Source of the DNA: SAR86 cluster bacterium SAR86B
Lineage (GTDB): Bacteria > Pseudomonadota > Gammaproteobacteria > Magnimaribacterales > D2472
DNA length: 64,000 nt
Direction: 5' to 3'
NCBI GenBank assembly: GCA_905182885.1
Contig: CAJJCW010000001.1
Coordinates: 155,282-219,281, forward strand
A program made the translations under genes and the position numbers. The notes under the pieces were generated by a model. It worked only from the letters and a program-made list of their open reading frames with translations. It did not search any database and had not been told where the DNA came from. Positions 43,140-52,455 of the stretch are shown here, one piece after another. Position 1 is the first letter of the stretch. Each line of letters starts with the position of its first letter.

Positions 43140-43679
43140 CTATTTTTTGAATGGAAATTGTAAAACTTCTAGTAAAGCTTTAGCATCTTCTTTGTTTGTT
43201 GCAGAAGTATTGATACATACATCCATGCCTCTAATACTCGCTACAGTGTCATATTTAATTTCTGGAAAAATGATTTGCTCTTTAATTCCAAAATTATAAT
43301 TACCCTGACCGTCAAATGATTTAGGGTTTAGTCCTCTAAAATCTCTTTCTCTAGGAATGGCTACATCGATCAACCTTTCCATAAACTCATACATCTTGTT
43401 GCCTCTTAATGTGACTTTACATCCTATAGGCCATCCTTCTCTTATTTTAAAACTTGCTACTGATTTTCTAGCTTTTGTTATAACTGGTCTTTGTCCTGCT
43501 ATTGCCGCCATATCTGCTACTGCAGTATCAAGATGCTTTTTATCGTTCGCAGCTTCCCCAACACCCATATTAATTACTACTTTAGTAAGCTTAGGCACTG
43601 CCATTATATTTTTTAAACCCAGCTTTTCTTGAAGAGTAACTCTTAATTCTTTATTGTATTTTTCTCTTAAATTTGCCAT
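43140..43679 (-). CDS. rplE: 50S ribosomal protein L5
   Basis: [26 protein letters not shown]. Confidence 0.98.
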   Translation of the reverse strand: MANLREKYNKELRVTLQEKLGLKNIMAVPKLTKVVINMGVGEAANDKKHLDTAVADMAAIAGQRPVITKARKSVASFKIREGWPIGCKVTLRGNKMYEFMERLIDVAIPRERDFRGLNPKSFDGQGNYNFGIKEQIIFPEIKYDTVASIRGMDVCINTSATNKEDAKALLEVLQFPFKK

Positions 43680-44009
43680 TTACTTGATCTCTGTCTCATC
43701 TGATTTGAATAGTCTTATTTTCTTTCCATCTTTATCAACTGAATAAGCAATTCTATCTTTAGTTTTCTTACCAGGATTCCAGATAGCAAGGTTGGATAGA
43801 TCAATAGCAGCTTCTTGCTCTACAACTCCACCAGTTACACCCATTTCTGGATTTGGCTTAGTATGTTTTTTAACCATATTAATGCCTGTAACAATTCCTT
43901 TATTTTTATTTTTAACAATCTTTCTTAAAGGTCCCTTCTTGCCGGAATCTTTCCCTGCAACAACAACAACCTCATCGCCAACTCTTAATTTTGTTAGGGT
44001 AGTTTTCAT
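43680..44009 (-). CDS. rplX: 50S ribosomal protein L24
   Basis: [19 protein letters not shown] motif, KKHTKPNP. Confidence 0.97.
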   Translation of the reverse strand: MKTTLTKLRVGDEVVVVAGKDSGKKGPLRKIVKNKNKGIVTGINMVKKHTKPNPEMGVTGGVVEQEAAIDLSNLAIWNPGKKTKDRIAYSVDKDGKKIRLFKSDETEIK

Positions 44010-44378
44010 TTATATCACCTCTGGGGCTAGTGAAAGGATTTTCATGTGCTTCCCTTCTCTTAACTCTCTAGTTACAGGGCCAAATACTCTTGTACCAATT
44101 GGAGCTTTCTGGGCGTTAACTAATACAGCAGCATTTTCATCAAATTTAATTAATGACCCATCTGATCTTCTAACGCCTTTTCTTGTTCTCACAATTAAAG
44201 CATCACATACCTGACCTTTTTTTACTTTTCCAGTAGGGATAGCTTCTCTAATAGCTACTTTAATAATATCTCCAATATTTGCATATCTTCTCTTCGATCC
44301 TCCAAGGACCTTGATACACATAACACTTCTTGCGCCACTATTATCAGCAATTTTTAGAATTGATTGCATTTGAATCAT
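44010..44378 (-). CDS. rplN: 50S ribosomal protein L14
   Basis: [22 protein letters not shown]. Confidence 0.98.
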   Translation of the reverse strand: MIQMQSILKIADNSGARSVMCIKVLGGSKRRYANIGDIIKVAIREAIPTGKVKKGQVCDALIVRTRKGVRRSDGSLIKFDENAAVLVNAQKAPIGTRVFGPVTRELREGKHMKILSLAPEVI

Positions 44379-44668
44379 TATTCAGTCTCCTCAATCTTTT
44401 CTTCTGTTACAACAGATGCGTTTGTAGTTCCTTCTGCAACTAAAACCCATGTTTTACTTTTAGAAATAGGCCTACATTCCTGAACAGTAACAACGTCACC
44501 CATTACAGCTGAGTTATCTTCATCATGCGCACGAACTTTAGTAGCTCTTTTCATAACTTTTCCGTATAACGGATGTTTTACTTTTCTTTCTATCCTTACA
44601 GTGATTGTCTTATCAGCTTTATCACTTATAACAACTCCTGTAAGTATTCTTGGATTAGTTGAAATCAT
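44378..44668 (-). CDS. rpsQ: 30S ribosomal protein S17
   Basis: [22 protein letters not shown]. Confidence 0.97.
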   Translation of the reverse strand: MISTNPRILTGVVISDKADKTITVRIERKVKHPLYGKVMKRATKVRAHDEDNSAVMGDVVTVQECRPISKSKTWVLVAEGTTNASVVTEEKIEETE

Positions 44669-44874
44669 TATTTACTATCCTGTATTTTTAATTCGTTCAT
44701 TATTGTCTTAATTTTTGCTATCTTTTTTCTAACTAGAGTTATCTGATTAGTTTCTTTCAGCTGTCCCGTTTTATGCTTAATTCTAAGATCAAACTGTTCC
44801 TTTCTTGCTACTATAAGTTCAGCACCAAGTTGGTCAACATTTTTCTTTCTTAGATCAGCTAATTCTTTGCTCAT
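44668..44874 (-). CDS. rpmC: 50S ribosomal protein L29
   Basis: [21 protein letters not shown]; position after rplP. Confidence 0.95.
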   Translation of the reverse strand: MSKELADLRKKNVDQLGAELIVARKEQFDLRIKHKTGQLKETNQITLVRKKIAKIKTIMNELKIQDSK

Positions 44875-45285
44875 TTATACATCCTTCCTAATAAAATGTG
44901 TTTTTACAGGTAGTTTGGCAGCAGCTAATTTAAAAGCCTGTCTAGCTATATCCTCATCAATACCTGCCATTTCAAACATTACCTTTCCTGGCTGAACAAG
45001 AGCTACCCAATACTCAACATTACCTTTACCTTTGCCCATACGAACTTCTAAAGGTTTTTTTGTTATAGGTTTGTCAGGGAAAATTCTTATCCAAATATTT
45101 CCACCCCTTTTAATATGTCTAGTCATGGCACGCCTAGCAGCTTCAATTTGACGAGCCGTTATACGACCTCTGTCAGAAGCAACAAGACCGAACCTTCCAA
45201 AGGCAACTGTGTTTCCGTTTTGTGCAAGACCTCTATTACGGCCTTTATGCATTTTTCTAAATTTTGTTTGTTTTGGTTGCAACAT
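44875..45285 (-). CDS. rplP: 50S ribosomal protein L16
   Basis: [22 protein letters not shown]. Confidence 0.98.
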   Translation of the reverse strand: MLQPKQTKFRKMHKGRNRGLAQNGNTVAFGRFGLVASDRGRITARQIEAARRAMTRHIKRGGNIWIRIFPDKPITKKPLEVRMGKGKGNVEYWVALVQPGKVMFEMAGIDEDIARQAFKLAAAKLPVKTHFIRKDV

Positions 45286-45294
45286 AATATCTAA

Positions 45295-45951
45295 TTAAAC
45301 TCCTAGATCTACTTTGTAAGGATCTTCAGTTATTTCACCTTTAAACACCCAGACTTTAATACCTATAATTCCATAAGTAGTTAATGCTTCTGCTGTTCCG
45401 TAATCAATATCAGCTCTTAAAGTGTGCAATGGAACTCTTCCTTCTCTATACCATTCAGTTCTTGCAATCTCAGCACCGTTTAATCTTCCTGAAACCTCTA
45501 CTCTTACACCTTTAGCACTTTGTCTTAGAGCACTTTGAACAGTTCTTTTCATTGCTCTTCTAAACATGACTCTTTTTTCAAGTTGCTGTGCAACACCTTC
45601 AGCTAATATTTGAGCATCTAGATCAGGTTTTCTAACCTCTTTAATATTAATTTGAGATGGCTTCTTTACTATTTTTTCTATAGCTTTTTTCAGGTTATCA
45701 ATTTCCTCGCCTCTTTTACCAATAATAATTCCAGGTCTTGCTGTATGAATTGAGACAACAAAATTTTCTGCTGATCTCTCAAGCTCTATTTTACTTATAG
45801 AAGCATTTTTAAGATTTTTCTTAAAATATTCTCTTACTTTTAGGTCTTGGATTAGATAAGTAGAGAAATCTTTACCCTTTGCATACCAGTTAGCATTTTG
45901 CTTCTTGGAAGTTCCTAATCTAAAACCAATTGGATTAACTTTTTGTCCCAT
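45295..45951 (-). CDS. rpsC: 30S ribosomal protein S3
   Basis: [33 protein letters not shown]. Confidence 0.98.
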   Translation of the reverse strand: MGQKVNPIGFRLGTSKKQNANWYAKGKDFSTYLIQDLKVREYFKKNLKNASISKIELERSAENFVVSIHTARPGIIIGKRGEEIDNLKKAIEKIVKKPSQINIKEVRKPDLDAQILAEGVAQQLEKRVMFRRAMKRTVQSALRQSAKGVRVEVSGRLNGAEIARTEWYREGRVPLHTLRADIDYGTAEALTTYGIIGIKVWVFKGEITEDPYKVDLGV

Positions 45952-46289
45952 TATTTCGCCCCTTCAGCTAATATAATTTCAATATGGCATGACGGCTTGA
46001 TGATCCTATCTGCTCTTCCTCTTGCTCTAGGCTTCATTCTCTTTAATCTCATACCTTGATTAACTATTATTGTTTTAACTGATAATAAATCTACATCAGC
46101 ATTGTTGTTGTTTTCTGCATTAGCAATAGCAGACTCTAGTAATTTCTTAATAATCGCAGAACCTTTTTGTTTGTTAAAAACTAAGAAATCCATTGCTTCT
46201 TGAACTGACTTACCTCTAATTGCATTAGCAACCAGACCAGCTTTTTGAGGTGAAAGTCTAGTGCCTTTTAAATATGCTCTTGTTTCCAT
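45951..46289 (-). CDS. rplV: 50S ribosomal protein L22
   Basis: [20 protein letters not shown]. Confidence 0.98.
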   Translation of the reverse strand: METRAYLKGTRLSPQKAGLVANAIRGKSVQEAMDFLVFNKQKGSAIIKKLLESAIANAENNNNADVDLLSVKTIIVNQGMRLKRMKPRARGRADRIIKPSCHIEIILAEGAK

Positions 46290-46561
46290 TATTTAGCCTT
46301 CCTATCGCCTGAATGCATTTTGAAAGTTCTTGTCATGGAAAACTCACCTAACTTGTGACCAACCATATCTTCATTGATATAGACTGGAATATGCTGTCTT
46401 CCGTTATGAACTGCAATGGTTAATCCAACCATTGATGGGTTAATCATTGATCTTCTTGACCAAGTTTTGATAGGTCTCTTGTCGTTCGAAGCTAAAGCAG
46501 CCTCGACTTTCTTTTCAAGAGATAAATCTATAAACGGTCCTTTTTTTAGTGATCTTGGCAT
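46289..46561 (-). CDS. rpsS: 30S ribosomal protein S19
   Basis: [25 protein letters not shown]. Confidence 0.98.
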   Translation of the reverse strand: MPRSLKKGPFIDLSLEKKVEAALASNDKRPIKTWSRRSMINPSMVGLTIAVHNGRQHIPVYINEDMVGHKLGEFSMTRTFKMHSGDRKAK

Positions 46562-46564
46562 AGT

Positions 46565-47392
46565 CTATTTCCTGCTTCCTCTTCTTCTTATAATAAGGTC
46601 ATTTGTTCGTTTGTTCTTTCTAGTCTTGTACCCTTTAGTTGGAACACCCCATGGAGTAGAAGGATGTCTTCCACCTGAAGTTCTTCCTTCACCACCACCA
46701 TGTGGATGGTCTACAGGGTTCATCGCAACCCCTCTAACAGTAGGTCTAACACCTCTCCATCTTTTAGCTCCAGCTTTACCTAAAGATCTCAGATTATTTT
46801 CAGCATTTGATACAGATCCTAATGTTGCTCTACATTCCCATAGAACCTTTCTAGTCTCTCCAGATTGAAGCCTTAAGGTTGCATAAATACCTTCTTTAGC
46901 AATAAGCCTTGCTGATGTACCTGCACTTCTAGCAATCTGAGCACCTTTAAGAGGCTTTAATTCAACGCAATGTACATTAGTTCCTAAAGGAATATCCTTT
47001 AGTTTCATAGAGTTGCCAACTTTTATTTCACACTTATCAGCAGAAATAATCTTATCGCCAATATTTAATTTAGCTGGGGCAATTATGTATTTTCTTTCAC
47101 CATCTGCATAAAGCATCAAAGCAATATGAGCTGATCTATTAGGATCGTATTCTATTCTCTCAACTGTAGCTGGAATATCAAACTTGTCTCTTTTAAAGTC
47201 TATTATTCTGTAATGCTGTTTATGGCCACCACCTTGGTGTCTTACAGTAATTCTTCCGTTATTATTTCTTCCACCATTCTTGGATTTAGCTTGTGTTAAA
47301 GACTTGAGTGGCTTTCCTTTATAAAGATCGCTCTTAATCTGAATGACACCACGTCTCCCTGGACTGGTAGGTTTAGCTTTTACTATTGCCAT
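46565..47392 (-). CDS. rplB: 50S ribosomal protein L2
   Basis: [25 protein letters not shown]. Confidence 0.98.
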   Translation of the reverse strand: MAIVKAKPTSPGRRGVIQIKSDLYKGKPLKSLTQAKSKNGGRNNNGRITVRHQGGGHKQHYRIIDFKRDKFDIPATVERIEYDPNRSAHIALMLYADGERKYIIAPAKLNIGDKIISADKCEIKVGNSMKLKDIPLGTNVHCVELKPLKGAQIARSAGTSARLIAKEGIYATLRLQSGETRKVLWECRATLGSVSNAENNLRSLGKAGAKRWRGVRPTVRGVAMNPVDHPHGGGEGRTSGGRHPSTPWGVPTKGYKTRKNKRTNDLIIRRRGSRK

Positions 47393-47394
47393 GA

Positions 47395-47691
47395 TTAGTT
47401 AATACCCTCAAACTGAATCTCTGAATCTTTACTTAAAGATACAAAGGCTTTTTTATAATCTGATCTCTTGTGAATACCGTTTCTATTTCTCTTTCTTTTA
47501 CCTTTAACAATTGAGGTCGTTACCTTAGTAACTTCAACTTTAAATAACTCCTCTACCGCTTTCTTGATTTCTCTTTTATTCGCTGTTAGGTCAACTTTAA
47601 AAACAACTTGTTTGTTTAATTCACCAACTCTAGCTGCTTTTTCGGTAACTATTGGGGCTTTAATTAAAGTAAATAATTTTTCGTTATGCAT
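47395..47691 (-). CDS. rplW: 50S ribosomal protein L23
   Basis: [23 protein letters not shown]. Confidence 0.97.
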   Translation of the reverse strand: MHNEKLFTLIKAPIVTEKAARVGELNKQVVFKVDLTANKREIKKAVEELFKVEVTKVTTSIVKGKRKRNRNGIHKRSDYKKAFVSLSKDSEIQFEGIN

Positions 47692-48298
47692 CTATCCACT
47701 CCTCAATTTTTTTGAAGGCTTCAGCAGTAACAGCTACTTTATGAGCCTTTAGTAATGAAACTGGATTTATTTCTCTAACAGTAATAGCTTCGACATTTGG
47801 TATGTTTCTAGTAGATAAGTAGAAATTAACATCTAACTCATCTGTAATTATTAATACCTTGCTTAATGAAAACTCTTTTAAGAAATCATAAATAGCTTTA
47901 GTTTTAGGCTTTTCAAGAACTGGATTTTCAATCGCAACTAGTCTATTTTGTCTAAGTAGCTCTGAAAATATAGATCTAATTGCAGCTTTGTACATTTTCT
48001 TGTTAATTTTCTTGCTGTAATCTCTTGGAGTCGCAGCAAAAGTAACACCACCACCTCTCCAAAGAGGACTTCTAATTGTTCCTGCTCTAGCTCTACCTGT
48101 ACCTTTCTGAGCGTAAGGCTTTTTACCACCACCACGAACTTCAGATCTAGTCTTTTGTTTAGAGGTTCCTTGACGGGAACCTGCCATGTAGCTTACAACA
48201 GCTTGATGTATTAAAGATTCGTTAAAATCTTTGCTAAAAGCATTATCAGATATATTAATATCTTTAGTCTTTGTATTTGATAGTAATTCTATTTTCAT
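47684..48298 (-). CDS. rplD: 50S ribosomal protein L4
   Basis: RSEVRGGGKKP, QKGTGRARAG. Confidence 0.98.
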   Translation of the reverse strand: MKIELLSNTKTKDINISDNAFSKDFNESLIHQAVVSYMAGSRQGTSKQKTRSEVRGGGKKPYAQKGTGRARAGTIRSPLWRGGGVTFAATPRDYSKKINKKMYKAAIRSIFSELLRQNRLVAIENPVLEKPKTKAIYDFLKEFSLSKVLIITDELDVNFYLSTRNIPNVEAITVREINPVSLLKAHKVAVTAEAFKKIEEWIDA

Positions 48299-48930
48299 GA
48301 TTTTTTAAGCGCTGGTTTGATTTTTAAATCAGATCCATTGAAACCTGGAACTGCACCTTTAATATATAAAACGTTATTTTCAACATCAAGCTCAACGATC
48401 TTTAAACTCTGAACAGTTTTTTGCTCGTGACCCATGTGACCTGACATCTTTTTACCTTTCCAAACTCTACCAGGTGTTTGACACTGACCGATAGAACCAT
48501 GGGCTCTATGAGATAGCGAGTTACCGTGAGTAGCGTCTTGCATAGCAAAGTTGTGACGTTTAATGACACCAGCGTAACCTTTACCTTTTGATGTGCCTGT
48601 TACGTCTACGTACTGACCAACTTCAAACATGTCAGCAGTTAGATGTGCTCCAACTTTAAATTCGTCAGAGATTTCTTTATCAGATCTAAATTCAGCCAGA
48701 ATGCCTGGTGTAAGATTGATCTTTTTAAAGAATTCACTTTTTGATTTGTTAACATTGTTCGATTTTGTAACTTTAGATACAACAAAAGCATTATATCCAT
48801 CTCTTTGAGATGTTTTAATGTCTGCTAAAAAGTTACCACAAACCGAAATTGCAGTTACTGGGATTGCTGCTCCGTCTTCAAGAAAAAGACGTGACATGCC
48901 AGCTTTTTTACCTATTAAGCCTATGCTCAA
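48295..48930 (-). CDS. rplC: 50S ribosomal protein L3 (TTG start)
   Basis: SKGKGYAG, THGNSLSHR, GSIGQCQTPGRV. Confidence 0.98.
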   Translation of the reverse strand: MSIGLIGKKAGMSRLFLEDGAAIPVTAISVCGNFLADIKTSQRDGYNAFVVSKVTKSNNVNKSKSEFFKKINLTPGILAEFRSDKEISDEFKVGAHLTADMFEVGQYVDVTGTSKGKGYAGVIKRHNFAMQDATHGNSLSHRAHGSIGQCQTPGRVWKGKKMSGHMGHEQKTVQSLKIVELDVENNVLYIKGAVPGFNGSDLKIKPALKKS

Positions 48931-48945
48931 TTTAATCTCCTTTTA

Positions 48946-48980
48946 CGGGGCTTATAACCCTCTATGGCCGCGTTCGCGTT
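48946..48980 (-). other. GC-rich structured element in the rpsJ-rplC spacer (candidate cis-regulatory RNA)
   Basis: Minus strand AACGCGAACGCGGCCATAGAGGGTTATAAGCCCCG directly before the AAGGAG Shine-Dalgarno; can form CGC-GAAC-GCG and GGGTT-ATA-AGCCC hairpins. Confidence 0.5.
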
Positions 48981-48991
48981 AAATAAATGAA

Positions 48992-49303
48992 TTAACCCAA
49001 GCTAATTTGAACGTCTACCCCTGAAGATAGATCTAATTTCATCAAAGCATCAACTGTTTTATCAGTTGGTTGGATTATATCCATAAGTCTTTTATATGTA
49101 ACAATCTCATACTGGTCTCTAGCATCTTTATCTTTATGCGGAGATTTCAATATTGTTGTTCTCTCTTTTTTAACTGGTAAGGGTATTGGTCCATTAACAA
49201 TTGCGCCTGTTTTTTTAACAGTCTCAACTATCAACTTAGCTGAAGCATCTATCAGTCTGTAATCAAAAGCTTTAAGCCTAATTCTGATTGATTGATTCTC
49301 CAT
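48992..49303 (-). CDS. rpsJ: 30S ribosomal protein S10
   Basis: [28 protein letters not shown]. Confidence 0.98.
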   Translation of the reverse strand: MENQSIRIRLKAFDYRLIDASAKLIVETVKKTGAIVNGPIPLPVKKERTTILKSPHKDKDARDQYEIVTYKRLMDIIQPTDKTVDALMKLDLSSGVDVQISLG

Positions 49304-49368
49304 TTTTACCTTTATTTATCCTATTAAATTATTCTTACTCACATTGTGCTTATTGCAAAATGTGGCGT

Positions 49369-49397
49369 ATTCTAAGCTCATACTAGCTATACGTCAA
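49369..49397 (-). promoter_or_regulatory. Sigma70 promoter of the S10 operon
   Basis: Minus strand TTGACG-17 nt-TAGAAT followed by GC-rich ACGCCAC. Confidence 0.8.
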
Positions 49398-49425
49398 CAA
49401 TATTGACGTCATTTACTAATATAAT

Positions 49426-51528
49426 TTATGAGTTTTTTAATTGCTCAGCAATCATTTTAGGAACTTCACCATATTTAGTGAATTCCATTGTAAATGTTGC
49501 TCTACCTTGAGTGGCAGATCTTAGGTCTGTGGCATATCCAAACATCTCAGCTAAAGGCACTTCCGAAGAAACCTCTTTACCAGATGGAATATCATCCATA
49601 CCTAAAATAATACCTCTTCTTCTATTAAGATCTCCAACTACGTCTCCCATATGATCTTCAGGTGTCACTACAACTACCTTCATTATAGGCTCAAGAACAG
49701 CTGGATTTGCTTTCAAAGCACCATCTTTAAGAGCATATGATCCTGCAATTTTAAATGCCATTTCATTAGAATCAACATCATGGAATGAACCATCAAATAA
49801 TGTAGCTCTAAGTGCTAATAATGGATATCCAGCAATACAACCATTTTTCATTTGCTCTTGAATACCTTTATTAACAGCTGGGATATATTCCTTAGGAACT
49901 GATCCACCAACAATTTTATCTACAAATTCATATTCGTCGTCAAGTCCTAGAGGTTCAAGTTTTAACCATACGTGACCGTATTGGCCCTTACCACCACTCT
50001 GTCTAACAAACTTGCCTTCTATTTCTACAGTTTCCTTAATGGTTTCTCTATAAGAAACTTGAGGTTTACCTATATTAGCTTCTACTGAAAACTCTCTTCT
50101 CATCCTGTCTACAAGAACATCTAAGTGAAGCTCTCCCATTCCAGATATAATTGTTTGACCTGACTCTTCGTCACTATGGACTCTAAAGGAAGGATCTTCT
50201 TGAGCTAGTTTACCTAGAGCTAGAGACATTTTTTCTTGGTCTGGTTTTGATTTAGGTTCAACAGCTACTGATATTACAGGTTCTGGGAAATCCATTCTTT
50301 CTAATACAATTGGTTTGTCTGGATTAGATAACGTATCACCGGTTGTAACATCTTTAAGACCGATACAGGCTGCAATATCCCCTGCTCTAACTTCTTTAAT
50401 TTCTTCTCTGTTATTGGCATGCATCTGAACCATTCTTCCAACTCTTTCCTTCTTTTGCTTAGTGGAATTAACAACAGCATCGCCTACTTTTAGGACACCT
50501 GAATAAACTCTTATGAATGTTAATGTTCCAACGAAGGGATCAGTGGCAATTTTAAAAGCAAGAGCTGAGAAAGGTTCTTCGTCAGATGATTTTCTTACAT
50601 CTTCAACTTCATCTTCTTGACTATTGTTTGGAATAACACCCTTTATTGCTTTAACTTCATCAGGTGCAGGAAGAAATTCGATGACTGCATCAAGCATGGC
50701 TTGAACGCCTTTGTTTTTAAAAGCCGAACCACATAAACCTACTATTAATTCATTAGCAAGGGATCTGATTCTAAGACCTGTTTTAATTTGTTCAATAGAC
50801 AGCTCTCCAGATTCAAGATATGTATCCATTAGCTCTTCGTTAGCCTCAGCTGCTGCCTCTACCATCTCTTCTCTCAACTCATTACATCTCTCTAAAAGTT
50901 CTTCTGGAATCTCTTTGGAATCAAATGTAAGACCTTGATCCTCTTCATTCCAGTAAATAGCACGCATATTGATTAAATCAACAACGCCTTTGAAATCTTC
51001 TTCTTCTCCAATGTTGTATTGAATTGGAACAATGTTAGCGCCTAGTCTGTCTTTGATTTGAGCAACAACTCTATCAAAGTTTGCTCCAGCCCTATCCATT
51101 TTATTAACGAAAACAATTCTAGGTACTTCGTATCTATTAGCTTGTCTCCATACAGTTTCTGATTGAGGTTCAACTCCGGATGTAGCACAAAAAACTACCA
51201 CAGCCCCATCTAGAACTCTTAATGATCTTTCAACTTCAATTGTAAAATCAACGTGACCTGGTGTGTCAATAATATTAACTCTGTGCTGTGGAAACTGTTG
51301 CTCCATACCACTCCAAAAACATGTAGTAGCAGCAGAGGTAATTGTTATTCCTCTTTCTTGCTCCTGCTCCATCCAATCCATAGTAGCTGCGCCATCATGA
51401 ACTTCACCTATTTTATGGGATAAACCAGTATAAAAAAGAACCCTTTCTGTTGTAGTAGTTTTACCTGCATCAACGTGGGCACAAATCCCAACATTACGAT
51501 ATTTGTTTAAAACAATCTGTCTAGCCAT
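49426..51528 (-). CDS. fusA: Elongation factor G
   Basis: [37 protein letters not shown]. Confidence 0.98.
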   Translation of the reverse strand: MARQIVLNKYRNVGICAHVDAGKTTTTERVLFYTGLSHKIGEVHDGAATMDWMEQEQERGITITSAATTCFWSGMEQQFPQHRVNIIDTPGHVDFTIEVERSLRVLDGAVVVFCATSGVEPQSETVWRQANRYEVPRIVFVNKMDRAGANFDRVVAQIKDRLGANIVPIQYNIGEEEDFKGVVDLINMRAIYWNEEDQGLTFDSKEIPEELLERCNELREEMVEAAAEANEELMDTYLESGELSIEQIKTGLRIRSLANELIVGLCGSAFKNKGVQAMLDAVIEFLPAPDEVKAIKGVIPNNSQEDEVEDVRKSSDEEPFSALAFKIATDPFVGTLTFIRVYSGVLKVGDAVVNSTKQKKERVGRMVQMHANNREEIKEVRAGDIAACIGLKDVTTGDTLSNPDKPIVLERMDFPEPVISVAVEPKSKPDQEKMSLALGKLAQEDPSFRVHSDEESGQTIISGMGELHLDVLVDRMRREFSVEANIGKPQVSYRETIKETVEIEGKFVRQSGGKGQYGHVWLKLEPLGLDDEYEFVDKIVGGSVPKEYIPAVNKGIQEQMKNGCIAGYPLLALRATLFDGSFHDVDSNEMAFKIAGSYALKDGALKANPAVLEPIMKVVVVTPEDHMGDVVGDLNRRRGIILGMDDIPSGKEVSSEVPLAEMFGYATDLRSATQGRATFTMEFTKYGEVPKMIAEQLKNS

Positions 51529-51555
51529 AATTTATACTTTATTAATGATTAATGA

Positions 51556-52026
51556 TTAAAATCTAAAGTGAGAGAATGCTTTATTAGCTTCTGCCATTTT
51601 ATGAACATCTTCTCTTTTTCTAACAGCAGATCCTTTCTTCTGGGATGCATCCATTAGCTCTCCGGCTAATCTAAGGTTCATATTTTTTTCACTTCTTTTA
51701 CGAGCAGCTTCAACAATCCATCTCATTGCAAGTGCTTGTCTTCTTGATGGTCTAATTTCGATAGGTACTTGATAGTTTGCGCCACCTACTCTTCTAGATT
51801 TAACCTCAACAACTGGGCTAACTTCATCCAAGGCTTTCATAAAAATTCCCAGTGGGTCTTCTTTTAAAGTCTTTTCAACTTGTTCAAAAGCTCCATAAAC
51901 AATTTTCTCAGCAATAGACTTTTTACCGTCTTTCATTAAGTTATTCATGAACTTAGCAAGAATTATATCTTTGTATTTAGGATCTGGTAAAACTTTTCTT
52001 TTCTCGGGACTTCTTCTTCTTGGCAT
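51556..52026 (-). CDS. rpsG: 30S ribosomal protein S7
   Basis: [23 protein letters not shown]. Confidence 0.98.
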   Translation of the reverse strand: MPRRRSPEKRKVLPDPKYKDIILAKFMNNLMKDGKKSIAEKIVYGAFEQVEKTLKEDPLGIFMKALDEVSPVVEVKSRRVGGANYQVPIEIRPSRRQALAMRWIVEAARKRSEKNMNLRLAGELMDASQKKGSAVRKREDVHKMAEANKAFSHFRF

Positions 52027-52028
52027 AA

Positions 52029-52400
52029 TTATTTACCTTTTTTGGCTCCATATTTAGATCTTCTTTGTTTACGATTGGCAACACCAGATGTATCTAGTGT
52101 TCCTCTAACTGTGTGATATCTGACACCAGGTAGATCTTTTACTCTTCCACCTCGAATTAGTACCAATGAATGTTCTTGAAGATTGTGCCCTTCTCCACCA
52201 ATATATGATGTAACTTCAAAGCCACTTGTTAGCCTAACTCTGCATACTTTTCTTAAAGCAGAATTCGGTTTCTTTGGAGTAGTTGTATATACACGAGTGC
52301 AGACACCTCTTCTTTGAGGACATGCAACAAGTGCGGGAACGTCAGTCTTTCTAACCTTAGGGTTTCTAGACTTTTTAATTAATTGATTTACTGTAGCCAT
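52029..52400 (-). CDS. rpsL: 30S ribosomal protein S12
   Basis: [23 protein letters not shown]. Confidence 0.98.
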   Translation of the reverse strand: MATVNQLIKKSRNPKVRKTDVPALVACPQRRGVCTRVYTTTPKKPNSALRKVCRVRLTSGFEVTSYIGGEGHNLQEHSLVLIRGGRVKDLPGVRYHTVRGTLDTSGVANRKQRRSKYGAKKGK

Positions 52401-52424
52401 AATTTTATTTTTAGTTAGATCGCG

Positions 52425-52453
52425 ATTCTATAGAGCATGTTAGTCGCGGTCAA
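52425..52453 (-). promoter_or_regulatory. Sigma70 promoter of rpsL-rpsG-fusA
   Basis: Minus strand TTGACC-17 nt-TAGAAT followed by CGCG discriminator, starting 2 nt after the rpoC stop. Confidence 0.8.
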
Positions 52454-52455
52454 GA

